64,000 nucleotides of DNA from Candidatus Sumerlaeales bacterium (GTDB lineage Bacteria > Sumerlaeota > Sumerlaeia > Sumerlaeales > Sumerlaeaceae): NCBI GenBank assembly GCA_038243585.1, contig JBBSQY010000015.1:1-64000 (forward strand), given 5' to 3'. The notes beneath the pieces are model-generated. The model was not told the DNA's origin and made no database searches. It saw only the letters and a list, made by a program, of their open reading frames with translations. The position numbers and the translations under genes are program-made. Positions 32,372 to 42,981 of the stretch are shown here, piece after piece (position 1 is the stretch's first letter; each line of letters starts with the position of its first letter).

Positions 32372-33571
32372 TTAACGTCTTGCCGTGCGAGGCAGCGACT
32401 TTTTGCCTGCAAGTTCTATCTCCGGTACAGACGTAGTTAATTTCTTTTCCGTTTGGTCTTTTCCTCTCAACCAGCCTTTTCTCCAGAAAAAGTAGATTTG
32501 TGCAATAGCGATTAACAGCATCACCAGTATACAGATGGGGTATCCATAGTAAGATAGCAGCTCTGGCATATTCCATGGGCTGGACTCCGGTCGGAAGTTC
32601 ATTCCATACACGCCGGCGACAAACGTGAGAGGGATGAAAATGGCGCTTATAATTGTCAGCACTTTCATCACTTCATTCAGGCGATTGCTTACCGATGAAA
32701 GATATACTTCCATGAGATTGGAAGACAGCTCCCGATAGTTTTCCATAAGATCGTTAAGTTGCACAGTATGATCGTAACAGTCGCGAAAAAAAATCAGGGT
32801 TTCAGGCTTGATAAGCGGTGATTCACCGCGATACAAATTCCCCAGCAGTTCGCGATGTGGCCACAAAGAACGACGCAATTCCAGCAGCTTGCGACGTATT
32901 CCGTAAATCTCGCCTAGCATGTTGCGATCTGTCAAAAACACCAAGGTATCTTCCAGCTTTTCAATCGCTTCGCCATAGCTGTCAACCAATGGGAAGTAAG
33001 CATCCAAAACGGCATCGATAATCGCGTAGGTTAAGTAATCAGGCCCTTCCGACCTGATCCTGCCGCGCTTTGTCTGTATCCTTTTTCTGACACCATCTAA
33101 ATCGTCGCCGGGAAATTCCTGAAAGGTAATGAGGCAGTTTCCGGTTAGATACATGCTCAACTGCTCAGTGTCTTCCTGATCCAAAATTGGCGCCATACGG
33201 GCAACGATAAACAACGCATCGGGATAATCTTCCAGCTTTGCCCGCTGATGTGTTCGGACGATATCTTCCTGCACCAGGTGGTGAATTCCGAAGCGCTCAC
33301 CGATCTTCTTTATCAGGGCCATATCTGCAAAACCCGCGACATCCAGCCATACAACCGGATAGGCCTCTTGCAGACGGATGACTTCGTTCAACGAGGGAAG
33401 CTTCTTTTCCACAAGACCGTCCGGCCCGTAAGCCATCACAGAATATGTAGTCGCGGCTGCTCCCGGCGCGACCTTAAGTTCACGATGGTCGGCAGCGCCA
33501 GGAGTATTTCTAAAGCGTGGACGTTTTCGATTCCTGAAAGTATGAGTCATGGGGAAAAGTGCAATGTTCAA
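32372..33571 (-). CDS. corA: Magnesium/cobalt transporter CorA
   Basis: NEVMKVLT, YGMNF, MPEL; two C-terminal TMs. Start may be slightly downstream. Confidence 0.93.
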   Translation of the reverse strand: MNIALFPMTHTFRNRKRPRFRNTPGAADHRELKVAPGAAATTYSVMAYGPDGLVEKKLPSLNEVIRLQEAYPVVWLDVAGFADMALIKKIGERFGIHHLVQEDIVRTHQRAKLEDYPDALFIVARMAPILDQEDTEQLSMYLTGNCLITFQEFPGDDLDGVRKRIQTKRGRIRSEGPDYLTYAIIDAVLDAYFPLVDSYGEAIEKLEDTLVFLTDRNMLGEIYGIRRKLLELRRSLWPHRELLGNLYRGESPLIKPETLIFFRDCYDHTVQLNDLMENYRELSSNLMEVYLSSVSNRLNEVMKVLTIISAIFIPLTFVAGVYGMNFRPESSPWNMPELLSYYGYPICILVMLLIAIAQIYFFWRKGWLRGKDQTEKKLTTSVPEIELAGKKSLPRTARR

Positions 33572-33673
33572 ATTGTAATATCAAGATGGTTTAGCCGCTG
33601 TTGATTTTGACCGTAGGTCACAATAGCACAGGAACAGCAAAGCTAAAATGCATTATGTGCTAACATAGATAGC

Positions 33674-34933
33674 TTAAATGTTTGTAAATTTTCGCTTGCG
33701 CAGAGCAATGAAGGTAAACAGCAGCACAGGGGCGAAGCTGCTAAATATGCCGATGCGCGCGCTGCTCACACTAGCAACCGTTCCGCTGAGCAATGGCCCC
33801 GCAAGTCCCCCGGCACCGATGGAAGTTTCCATTATTCCGCTGCCTTTCCCTTTGCTTTCACAAAGGCCCAACACGTAATAGGCGCACATACTGTAGCCGC
33901 CTCCGAAGCCGAAACCTATGAGCAAAATGCCAATAATGAACACTGGGTAATTGCTCCCGCTAGCCAGTACAATTATTCCGACGACGAGTGAGGCGGCAAT
34001 TGTCCAAACCGGCCATTGTTTGTAATGCCAGCTGCTTAAACGGCCCATCAGGTAGAATGCCACCATCTGACCGACCATGCGGAAGCTGTTGAGCAGGCTT
34101 ATCTGAACCTCCGTGAGCAGGCCCTGACCTACCTTCGGGAAAATATATAGCGCCGCGCTGGCGGCCATAGCCCCTGCGATAACCACCAGCAAGCCCTGTT
34201 TCATAAAAAACCTCACCTGCGTCGGATCCAGTCCATGATCATCGGGTTCACACGATTCTCCATTAGACGGTATGAGACCTCCCTTTCCGCCGGATGGATT
34301 AACAATAATGACGAAAATCAGGAGTGCCAGGGCCAAAAATGCGGCTACTAAAAATGCAAAGGATTGGCCAAACTTTTGAAATAGTGCTCCCCCACCCCAA
34401 AACCCAAAGAAGATTCCCGAACCCCAGCACAGATTATAAGCCCCTAAAAATTTGGATAGTTTGCGGGGAGGAACTATTTTGGCCATCCATGCCATCACCG
34501 GCGGCCAAAGCAACGCTGTCGAAAGAGAGCGCAGACCCGCCACGCAATAGAGTTCTCCCATACCACCGGCGTATGCTCCCCAGACATAGCTGGTCCCCAT
34601 GCCTACTACAGCCGCCAGCACCAGGGGTTTTCGACCCACGCGTTCGCTGAATACACCAGTAAACAGGGTCGGCAGCATATACAACAGGCTACTGCACGCC
34701 CCCAGAATTCCCAGTTGCAGCCCCGTGGCATGAAAAGAAAATGTCGCTGCTAAGATTTCAGATTGAGCACCAATGAAATTAAAAAGATCAGCTACAAAGC
34801 CAATGGTACCGAAAAAAACTATGTTGGGAACGGTAAAGCGCATGAAACGACTATTGCCTGCATGTGGAGTGGTAACCAGCGCAGAGGCACACAGCCACAC
34901 AGGGGAAATTCTTTCAGGGCCTGCAAATTTCAC
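33674..34933 (-). CDS. MFS transporter
   Basis: About 12 TMs; motif A-like GVFSERVGRK. Start likely near 34843. Confidence 0.85.
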   Translation of the reverse strand: MKFAGPERISPVWLCASALVTTPHAGNSRFMRFTVPNIVFFGTIGFVADLFNFIGAQSEILAATFSFHATGLQLGILGACSSLLYMLPTLFTGVFSERVGRKPLVLAAVVGMGTSYVWGAYAGGMGELYCVAGLRSLSTALLWPPVMAWMAKIVPPRKLSKFLGAYNLCWGSGIFFGFWGGGALFQKFGQSFAFLVAAFLALALLIFVIIVNPSGGKGGLIPSNGESCEPDDHGLDPTQVRFFMKQGLLVVIAGAMAASAALYIFPKVGQGLLTEVQISLLNSFRMVGQMVAFYLMGRLSSWHYKQWPVWTIAASLVVGIIVLASGSNYPVFIIGILLIGFGFGGGYSMCAYYVLGLCESKGKGSGIMETSIGAGGLAGPLLSGTVASVSSARIGIFSSFAPVLLFTFIALRKRKFTNI

Positions 34934-35007
34934 GGATGCCCTTGGAGTAAATCAGCCTATCAAATTTTGCAGCTGCCGGCCAGTAGCTAAAGGCTCGTTA
35001 AAGGGGA

Positions 35008-35433
35008 TTGATTTTGATAAAAGACATGCTATTTGGAGGGGCCGGCTGCGCGACTAACCTCGGTGACACCGGCTTGTTTGTGGTGCGAGTCTTCGCCGGG
35101 GCTTCGATGGCAATTGCCCATGGGCTTGGTAAGGTGCAAAGCCCGGACGGTGTGGTTTCCGGTGCAGACTCTTTAAATTTCCCGTTACCAATCTTGTTCG
35201 GATGGGCGGCAATATTGTCAGAATTCCTGGGCGGATTGTTTTTGGCCCTTGGATTAATGACTCGCCTTTCGGCGTTTTTTGTGGGCACTACGATGGTGGT
35301 CGCGGCGTTTATGGTTCATGGTTCTGATCTTTATCAGAAAAAGGAACTGGCCTTTGCCTATCTGGCGATGATGATCCTTTTTCTGTGCACCGGTGGCGGA
35401 CGATTTAGCGTTGATTCCCTTATCCGCAAATGA
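35008..35433 (+). CDS. DoxX family membrane protein
   Basis: R..G...HG..K, EFLGG..LALGLMTR, GGGRFSVD. Confidence 0.88.
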   Translation: MILIKDMLFGGAGCATNLGDTGLFVVRVFAGASMAIAHGLGKVQSPDGVVSGADSLNFPLPILFGWAAILSEFLGGLFLALGLMTRLSAFFVGTTMVVAAFMVHGSDLYQKKELAFAYLAMMILFLCTGGGRFSVDSLIRK

Positions 35434-35503
35434 TGGGGATGCCTCAAGTTCCATTGTGTGTTTTACAAAGAGACCGTAAGCATGGTCATGAAGTTGGTCG
35501 CTT

Positions 35504-36130
35504 ATGAATTTCTCAATGCCGGTTCAATCGGAATCCGAACTCCTCTTTACCATCGCTGGCCTGGCGTTGCTGTTAGGCGGATGGATCATCTTTCGCATGG
35601 GCAGCAAGCTGCTTGGCGTTGCTTTGGGCGCGGGCTTCGGATTCTTTGTCGGAGAAATTCTTAATGTTGTATTAAAGGTGGATCGCAACCAGGGGCTTTA
35701 CATTACCATTGGATGCAGCATCGTGGGCACGTTGGCCGCCATGTTTATGATACGCGCGATCAGCAACTTTCTCTTTGCATTGATCGGCCTGTTGTTTGGT
35801 GCGCTTCTGGGGCGATTGGGAAGTGAGACCTACGCGGATTACCTGGGTGTGGAATTTGTGCTGAATCCGCAATCCGGAGCGATCATAGGGGGCGTGGCTA
35901 TCGCGACTGCATTAGTGGCCGTGTGGCTTCAGCGCCTGATTATGATCCTGATCACCAGCTATATGGGCGCCACGTTTCTTGTAGCGGGGGTGGCTTATCT
36001 GTCGATGCAACCTTGGGCCTTCCCGGCGGTGTTGGCAGCGGGTATAGTATGGCAGGGATTTGTGCTCGGCCGTATAATGCGCCGGCGACCAAAACCGGCT
36101 AAGGAACAACCGCGACGACCAGTGGAGTAG
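35504..36130 (+). CDS. Gly-rich multi-pass membrane protein (DUF4203-like)
   Basis: About 7 TMs; TSYMGA motif; basic C-terminal tail. Confidence 0.6.
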   Translation: MNFSMPVQSESELLFTIAGLALLLGGWIIFRMGSKLLGVALGAGFGFFVGEILNVVLKVDRNQGLYITIGCSIVGTLAAMFMIRAISNFLFALIGLLFGALLGRLGSETYADYLGVEFVLNPQSGAIIGGVAIATALVAVWLQRLIMILITSYMGATFLVAGVAYLSMQPWAFPAVLAAGIVWQGFVLGRIMRRRPKPAKEQPRRPVE

Positions 36131-36160
36131 CGGTATCTTTGCTTCTTTATTTCGTTAAGC

Positions 36161-38947
36161 TCAGCGTATGCTGGTGCTTATCAGGAGTTCCTGCGCCTGG
36201 ATAGCCAGGGGGGTGTCGGGCCGGTTGCTGACGATGATTGATAGGGCGTCGCGAGCCTCGGGAATCTTATGGTTTATAGAGAGATGCAGCCGGGCAATCT
36301 GATAAGAACACCACATTTTGATATCTGCTTCGGTACCAGCCAGAGTCGCTATGCGGCTGTACCATCGGGCGGCGTTCCACGCATCGGATTCATACTCATC
36401 TATGGCGGCAAGTTCCAGCATTGCCTTGCGCTGAAGATATTCCGGAGGCGATTCAGAACACGCCAGTATCAGCGCGGCTCGCGCCTGGGCATTTCTATGA
36501 AGTTTTCCAAAATGAACTCCGGCCTCGTAGGCACTCCACTGTCTTAACGCGCCGCTGGTGGTATCGTATATCTGTACGTAGTCCCGCACAGCTTTCACCA
36601 ATGATTCCATATCCCAGTTCGGGTTGACAACTTCCACGCCGGTTTGAAGCTCAATCTCGCCGAGGCGCTTCAGCATGGCGGGATTATCCGCCACAAAGGC
36701 ACGCAGCAACGCTGCCCGGTAGCGGATCTCCTCCTGCATCTCAAAGTTATCGACATGTTTTTCACTAAGCAGATTAACCGCCCTGTCGTAGCTCTCCGCC
36801 GCCTCCGAATACAGGCCCCTTAGTTCTGCTTCACGGGCACCCTGTACAAGCAGTCGTCCATAAAGGGCGGCATTGTCTCCAGTCTGATTTTCCGTCGGAA
36901 GGCGGTTCCACTCCGCGACAGCTGCATCGGCCTCACGTCGCGCCTGATCGGGGGTATTCTGAAGCAGCGCTGCCTTGGCTGCGGCCACTAAAAGCAGTAA
37001 CCGATCTGCCGGCGCGGTCGTCAGCGCTTCCAGCCGTGGGCGAATGTCTGGGTGCAAAAACACTTCCGGGATAGCTTGATTTATCCATGGCTGCGGCTCC
37101 GGAGTTTCGAGGTAGTTCCGAAAGATTTCTAGTATCCCCTCCGGTTTTTCGTTCACTGTCCCGGACGTGAGCGCTTCACGCAGCAGCGCGCGTGCCTGTT
37201 TAAAATGGCCCGTTTCAATGCGAAGCAGAAACAAGTCAAGGCGCGCATCTCGGATCAGGGCTGAGCCGGTCGACACCTTATCTACAAAACTCTGAAAGTA
37301 GTCTGCCTTCTCGGCGCGGGTGGGACGAAACGGTCGTTGCGATGGGCTGAAGTAATAAACTTCGGTGTCGAACCCTTCCAGCGCATTAAGGTATTCCCGT
37401 TGTACCGCCGGCACATGGGGGGCGACGGTAAGGAGACTCCCAAACCTTTCGTTTGTCAGGGCAAAATCACCATCGAGCCGTGCCTGAACGGCACTGGCGT
37501 ATAGCCGCGCGGTTTCCGAGGTCGTCTGTTCCAGAATATCCAAAGCATTAAGAGCGGAATCCGAGCGGCTGGTTCCGGTGGTGCTGGTCAGTTCTTTATA
37601 ACGGCGCAGACTTTCTGCGGCTTTGTCAAAATCGTTCAATTCCAGCAAGTAGGAATATCCGAGAACCCGCCAGAGAAACTGGCGTGGAACGCCCTCAACA
37701 TTTGTGTTTTCCGCTAAAAGATTTTCCAGCTCATCCACTGCCTTGTCCGTACGACCCAACCGCCTTAGATTTGCGATATAGACAAACCGTGTCATTTGCG
37801 GATCGCGGGTGCGGCGTATACTTGCCGCCAGTTCCTGGTAGATGTCATAGCTTTTAGACCGGCTACCTAGGCGGTAGTATTCCTCCGCCAGCAGAAACTT
37901 GTCTTCCAGATCAAAAGTAAGTATGTGCGCCCGCTCAAGGGAAGGCGATGTAATGCCGATCAACTGATTCGCAGCCACAAACGCGATTGTTTCCTTCGCG
38001 CCGCCTGGTTCAGGAAGCGACGCTGGCAGGTCCATTGAAAGAAGCCGATCTCCTCCTTTTGCAGGAGAGATAATTAACTTTTTATTATGAAAAAAGACCA
38101 GGCTGCCCTCTGAATTAAAACGGGGATTCTGCATCCCTTTGCTTCCCCGAATTATAAGCTGTTCCGGGAATGGAGGAGTGCGTGAAATTACGCTAAAACT
38201 GCTTCCGGACGGAACATTGCTGGTGCCCTCGCCAGGCAAAGCAGCATCGCCCTCGGTACTTGTGGTTTCGATATCTGCATCCCGACTGCGAAGAAAGCCA
38301 ATTCCAGAATCGTCTGGAGTCCAGGAAAGAGAGCCTGTGACAAGACTGAACGGGTCAGTTTCGCTGGTCATCTGATCCGTTTCGCCAGTAGATACGTTAA
38401 TGCTGAAAATCTGGGGTCGAAGATTCTTAAAACCAAATGTGGCAATGAACTGACCGCTGGGAGAAAGAACGGGTTTTACCAGCCCGGCAACAGTAGGGAA
38501 AAGCACTCCGGTATCCTCGACGCCGGCATCCAGTCTGATAGATGCCAATTCCGCTTCCCCGGATTCCGTGGACAGGAACAGTAAGGAATTTCCGCTGATC
38601 ATAGGGTTAAATTGGAGAGATGGCATCGCGGTAATACGGGTGGTGGAGCCGTCAAGGGCACCCAGATAAATGTTCGTAGAGCCGCCTCTGTCGCCCGCAA
38701 AGGCGATGGTCAACGAGTCTGTGGTCCACGCTACATTATCGGGGTGGATCTTTCCAGAGGCTACGACGCGGTTTTCAGCGCGTAAGGGGTCCGCAACCAT
38801 AAGGCCCTGCTTCTCAGAAACAATAGCCAACAACTGGCCATTTGGCGAAAACCGAATGGCCAGAAATGTATCTTCCGGCAGGCAGCCCGCCAGGCAGAAC
38901 AGGCAACCCGCGGCGAACGCAAAATTTAAATATGTCGATTGTTTCAT
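36161..38947 (-). CDS. Lipoprotein with TolB-like beta-propeller and TPR-like helical region
   Basis: Lipobox LAGC; FSPNG, WTTDS, LSPSG and WTPDD repeats; helical TPR-like C-terminal half ending PDTPLA..A. Frame open from 39001. Confidence 0.7.
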   Translation of the reverse strand: MKQSTYLNFAFAAGCLFCLAGCLPEDTFLAIRFSPNGQLLAIVSEKQGLMVADPLRAENRVVASGKIHPDNVAWTTDSLTIAFAGDRGGSTNIYLGALDGSTTRITAMPSLQFNPMISGNSLLFLSTESGEAELASIRLDAGVEDTGVLFPTVAGLVKPVLSPSGQFIATFGFKNLRPQIFSINVSTGETDQMTSETDPFSLVTGSLSWTPDDSGIGFLRSRDADIETTSTEGDAALPGEGTSNVPSGSSFSVISRTPPFPEQLIIRGSKGMQNPRFNSEGSLVFFHNKKLIISPAKGGDRLLSMDLPASLPEPGGAKETIAFVAANQLIGITSPSLERAHILTFDLEDKFLLAEEYYRLGSRSKSYDIYQELAASIRRTRDPQMTRFVYIANLRRLGRTDKAVDELENLLAENTNVEGVPRQFLWRVLGYSYLLELNDFDKAAESLRRYKELTSTTGTSRSDSALNALDILEQTTSETARLYASAVQARLDGDFALTNERFGSLLTVAPHVPAVQREYLNALEGFDTEVYYFSPSQRPFRPTRAEKADYFQSFVDKVSTGSALIRDARLDLFLLRIETGHFKQARALLREALTSGTVNEKPEGILEIFRNYLETPEPQPWINQAIPEVFLHPDIRPRLEALTTAPADRLLLLVAAAKAALLQNTPDQARREADAAVAEWNRLPTENQTGDNAALYGRLLVQGAREAELRGLYSEAAESYDRAVNLLSEKHVDNFEMQEEIRYRAALLRAFVADNPAMLKRLGEIELQTGVEVVNPNWDMESLVKAVRDYVQIYDTTSGALRQWSAYEAGVHFGKLHRNAQARAALILACSESPPEYLQRKAMLELAAIDEYESDAWNAARWYSRIATLAGTEADIKMWCSYQIARLHLSINHKIPEARDALSIIVSNRPDTPLAIQAQELLISTSIR

Positions 38948-39134
38948 TAGCACAAGCGTCATGGAGACAGAGCGAGCATACGTTTTGGAAGAAAAATCCA
39001 CTTAGCGTTATACGTTTGATTTTATGGCAACGCGGTTTCATTTTCGAGAATCGCAGCTCTGCGTGAAATAGGCGCTGAAAAATGACAAATGTGGGTTGAT
39101 TTCTGTATCAGACTCGTTTTCAACTCCACTTTAG

Positions 39135-39776
39135 ATGATAGACATTTCAGGCGCTATGCGTCTTTATTTAATAACCGATGATTCCGGTCGGTCTGTTAGC
39201 GAATTGACTGACCGTGTGGCTCGGGGTATTGCCGGCGGAGCAACCGCTGTGCAGTTTCGCGAAAAAAACTGCGGCCCCACCAATTGTTCCCGAGCGTTTG
39301 AATCCATAGCTCGGGAATGCGCAAAGGCAAATGTACCGCTGTTTTTAAACGCGGACCTGATGGGGCGCTTCGAATTGAATGGTCACCTGAGCGGGTACCA
39401 TTACAGCGACCGCACACTGCCAGTTCGTCCTTTAACACGCGACACCGTCAGTGGATATTCCGCACACGGGACCGACGATGCGGTAAATGCCTTTTCTCAT
39501 GCGGCGAATTTTTGTACGCTTAGTCCTATTTACGCAACGCCTTCAAAATCTGGCATTCTTGATCCTATTGGACTGGAAGCTCTAAAATCGTCGCGGAAGC
39601 TGCTCCCGAAAAAAACCATTGTGGCTCTGGGCGGTATTAATGAGTCTAATGGTGAGGCGTGCATGAAGGCAGGGGCAAGTGGTCTGGGGGTTATTCGCGC
39701 AATAATAGCCTCCGATGATCCGGAGGCCGCAGCGTCCCGTCTGCTTCGCATTGTCGAAAATTGCCTGCTTCAGTGA
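39135..39776 (+). CDS. thiE: Thiamine-phosphate synthase
   Basis: LYLITD, VQFREK, GYSAH, SPIYATPSK, VALGGI. Confidence 0.8.
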   Translation: MIDISGAMRLYLITDDSGRSVSELTDRVARGIAGGATAVQFREKNCGPTNCSRAFESIARECAKANVPLFLNADLMGRFELNGHLSGYHYSDRTLPVRPLTRDTVSGYSAHGTDDAVNAFSHAANFCTLSPIYATPSKSGILDPIGLEALKSSRKLLPKKTIVALGGINESNGEACMKAGASGLGVIRAIIASDDPEAAASRLLRIVENCLLQ

Positions 39777-39878
39777 ACAACTTTCGCCACACAGTATTAT
39801 AGAAAACATTAGCATGCGGCTGAAGTCGGCGTTCCCTTAACCGGGGCGTTCAGCGGCATAGCCTGGAGCAATAAGTCC

Positions 39879-40964
39879 GTGATGTGGAGAGGCATTATCC
39901 ACCGGTACCGGGATCATCTCGACGTAAATGAGAACACCCCGGTCGTTACCCTGTGTGAGGGTAACACTCCCCTGGTACACGCAGAAGCATTATCCGCCAG
40001 AATTGGCGACAACTTCGAGGTTTATCTGAAGTACGAAGGTCTGAACCCCACCGGCTCTTTTAAAGACCGTGGCATGACTTCGGCCGTCAGCCACGCCGCG
40101 GCGGAGGGCAGCAAGGCTATCATGTGCGCGTCCACCGGAAACACATCGGCCAGCGCGGCGGCTTACGCGGCTCGGGCGGGTATGGAATGCATTGTTATAA
40201 TTCCCGATGGAAACATTGCCCTTGGTAAAATGGCGCAGGCTCTTATGCACGGGGCAAAGGTGTTCGCGGTCCGGGGCAATTTTGATGAAGCCTTGCGCAT
40301 GGTGCGAGAGATAACCAGCAACTACCCGATTACGCTGGTTAACAGCGTTAACCCTCACCGCCTGGATGGGCAAAAAACGGGCGCTTTTGAAGTGGTGGAC
40401 AGCCTTGGCGACGCACCGGATTTTCATTTTATTCCTGTAGGTAACGCGGGAAACATCACCGCCTACTGGCGGGGCTACAGCCAATTTATGGAACTGGGTA
40501 AATGCAGCAAAGTCCCGCGCATGATGGGCTTTCAGGCTGCCGGAGCCGCGCCTATCGTACTGGGTCACGTGGTTGATAATCCGGATACGGTGGCCACGGC
40601 CATTCGCATCGGTAATCCCGCAAGCTGGAAGTTCGCGGAAGACGCCAGAGACAGCAGCGGCGGGCTGATAAACATGGTTACCGACGAGGAAATTTTAACG
40701 GCCTATAGCTGGCTTGCGCGTAATGAAGGAATCTTCTGCGAGCCTGCCAGCGCGGCAGGCGTTGCAGGTTTGTTAAAACTTGCGGACGAAGGGTATTTCC
40801 GGGAAGAACACACCCGGGTTCAGGGGCGCAAAACCCGGATCGTATGCGTTCTGACCGGGCACGGCCTCAAAGATCCCGATAACGCCATCAAACAGTCACC
40901 TAATTATATCAGCATTCCCGCCAGCGTGGACGCTGTATTGGATCACGTGGCCGTGGCTCGCTAG
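39879..40964 (+). CDS. thrC: Threonine synthase
   Basis: EGNTPL, NPTGSFKDRG (PLP Lys), ASTGNTSAS, PVGNAGN, LTGHGLKDP. Confidence 0.95.
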   Translation: MMWRGIIHRYRDHLDVNENTPVVTLCEGNTPLVHAEALSARIGDNFEVYLKYEGLNPTGSFKDRGMTSAVSHAAAEGSKAIMCASTGNTSASAAAYAARAGMECIVIIPDGNIALGKMAQALMHGAKVFAVRGNFDEALRMVREITSNYPITLVNSVNPHRLDGQKTGAFEVVDSLGDAPDFHFIPVGNAGNITAYWRGYSQFMELGKCSKVPRMMGFQAAGAAPIVLGHVVDNPDTVATAIRIGNPASWKFAEDARDSSGGLINMVTDEEILTAYSWLARNEGIFCEPASAAGVAGLLKLADEGYFREEHTRVQGRKTRIVCVLTGHGLKDPDNAIKQSPNYISIPASVDAVLDHVAVAR

Positions 40965-40970
40965 CGACTG

Positions 40971-41009
40971 TGTGAAGTAGCATAGGCAGGATGCCGGTGC
41001 TGCTTCACA
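40971..41009. terminator. Hairpin between convergent thrC and aroB (terminator or REP-like)
   Basis: TGTGAAGTAGCA...TGCTGCTTCACA stem with inner GGCA-GGA-TGCC. Confidence 0.5.
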
Positions 41010-41019
41010 GGCTACGATA

Positions 41020-42141
41020 CTATTTCAACCTGCGCCCGCGGAGAACCTCCAGCACTGATTCCTTGGTCACATCGCCTTTTAACTCAACATGCCCGATGCG
41101 GGTTGGAAGCACGAAGTGAACTTTGCCGGCGGAAACTTTTTTGTCGCTGAACATTCGGTCGTAAACGGCTTCAACATTCATGTCAGCTTCCAGATGGCGA
41201 GGGAGACCCGCTCGCGCAACAAGGGCTTCGATTCTATCACGGTCCGCATCTGGCATCAGACCCAGAACTACAGCCATGTCGGCGGCACAGACCATGCCGA
41301 TGGCGACTGCCTGTCCGTGGAACTGCGTTTCTTTATATTCCCCGAGAGCTTCGATGGCGTGACCGAAGGTGTGGCCGTAGTTTAGTATGGCTCGCAGCCC
41401 GGATTCCTGCTCATCCTGGCCGACCACGTCCGCCTTGATTTCGCACGAGCGTCGCACCACGTGGGCGATTGCGTCCGGCTCGAGAGCCATGGCACGCTCC
41501 AGGTTCTTTTCCAGCCACGAAAAAAAATCGGCGTCGTAGATAATCCCGTACTTTATGACTTCTGCAAAGCCGCCCTGAAGGTTATGCTTGTCGAGCGTGG
41601 CCAGCAGACTCATGCTCATTGCTACCAGCTTTGGCTGGTAGAACGCACCGATGAGATTTTTTCCCAATGGATGGTCCACGCCGGTTTTACCGCCGACGCT
41701 GCTGTCTACCATCGCGACTACGGTTGTTGGGATTTGGATAAATGGAACGCCCCGCAAATAAGTTGCCGCCACAAACCCAGCCAGATCTCCGACAACTCCC
41801 CCGCCAAAGGCAACAATACACGTCTTTCGCGAAAATTTCCTTTCTACAAGAAAGTCCCACGCGAGCGATGCCGTTTCTACAGACTTAAATTTTTCGCCGT
41901 CTCCCATAAGCCAGGTCGCAATAGTTAAACCTGCACTTTCGAGGGATGTTTCCAGCGACTTCCCATAAAGATCCCACACAACGCTATTGGAGATAACAAC
42001 AACATCCTCAGCAGCGTGGGCTTTAACATCATTGGCTATGTCGGTGATGTTTTGATAGAAGCGGATTTCGTAACTTCTATTACTTAGGGGCACGGTTACC
42101 GGGTTCGGCAAGGAGTTTGCTTCTAACATACTTTTTACCAT
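41020..42141 (-). CDS. aroB: 3-dehydroquinate synthase
   Basis: GGGVVGDLAGF, DSSVGGKT, KNLIGAFYQP, LNYGHTFGHAIE, HG.AVAIG. Confidence 0.96.
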   Translation of the reverse strand: MVKSMLEANSLPNPVTVPLSNRSYEIRFYQNITDIANDVKAHAAEDVVVISNSVVWDLYGKSLETSLESAGLTIATWLMGDGEKFKSVETASLAWDFLVERKFSRKTCIVAFGGGVVGDLAGFVAATYLRGVPFIQIPTTVVAMVDSSVGGKTGVDHPLGKNLIGAFYQPKLVAMSMSLLATLDKHNLQGGFAEVIKYGIIYDADFFSWLEKNLERAMALEPDAIAHVVRRSCEIKADVVGQDEQESGLRAILNYGHTFGHAIEALGEYKETQFHGQAVAIGMVCAADMAVVLGLMPDADRDRIEALVARAGLPRHLEADMNVEAVYDRMFSDKKVSAGKVHFVLPTRIGHVELKGDVTKESVLEVLRGRRLK

Positions 42142-42198
42142 TCTACTCTCCCCCGCTCATTCAATCGTTATTTGTATTTTTAAAGGATTTCTCACGTT

Positions 42199-42981
42199 AT
42201 GAAACTTTCGTATTTGCAACAAGGCTTTGGATCTAATCTTCCTCTTGTTCTTCTGCATCCGTATCCTTTAAACGCCCGCTTCTGGAGTAATCAGCTTTCT
42301 GCCCTATCAAAAAACAGACACATCATCGCTCCCCATTTTCGCGGATACGGCGCTACCCGAGCGGAATCCCGTGACGAGTTTTCTATTGCCAGCTTTGCCA
42401 ACGATATTCGCGATACGCTGGCTACTGCCCAGGTACAAAAAGCAATCTTCGCCGGGTGCAGTATGGGCGGATACGTACTGTTTGAGCTTTGGCGTCAGGA
42501 TCCAGCGCTTATATCGGCCATGGTTCTTGTGGATACAAAGGCTGAGCCAGACGATGAAGTGACCAAAAACAAACGCAGAAAATTGATAGAACAAGTGAGA
42601 AGCGTCGGAACGGTGGATTTACCGCACGCTAGTGCGGGAATGCTGAGCGGAGTGACCCAGGAAACAAAGCCAGGGGTGGTGCGTGATGTTCAGGCATGGG
42701 CCGGTGAGCCGTCGTGCGAGACGATCATTAAAACCCTTGAATTGCTGGCAAACCGTCCGGATTCTCGGGCCACCATGGCTACCATTAATGTTCCGACGCT
42801 TATTCTGGTGGGAGAAAAGGATGAAGTCACTCCTCCCGAAAAGTCCCTCCAGATGGGTGAGGCGATTAAAGGCTCCAGAGTTGAAGTGATTTCGAATGCC
42901 GGCCATCTGGCCCCACTGGAGAACCCGGCAGCCGTCAATGCGGCGATTACTGCATTTCTACAGGACCCGGCTATTTCCTGA
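42199..42981 (+). CDS. Alpha/beta hydrolase (PcaD-like)
   Basis: GCSMGG nucleophile, GEKD acid, AGH histidine. Confidence 0.9.
   Translation: MKLSYLQQGFGSNLPLVLLHPYPLNARFWSNQLSALSKNRHIIAPHFRGYGATRAESRDEFSIASFANDIRDTLATAQVQKAIFAGCSMGGYVLFELWRQDPALISAMVLVDTKAEPDDEVTKNKRRKLIEQVRSVGTVDLPHASAGMLSGVTQETKPGVVRDVQAWAGEPSCETIIKTLELLANRPDSRATMATINVPTLILVGEKDEVTPPEKSLQMGEAIKGSRVEVISNAGHLAPLENPAAVNAAITAFLQDPAIS

Noticed and set aside
39002..39134. Expected TPP riboswitch upstream of thiE
   Set aside because: No GCTGAGA or CCTGA core found in the short divergent spacer.
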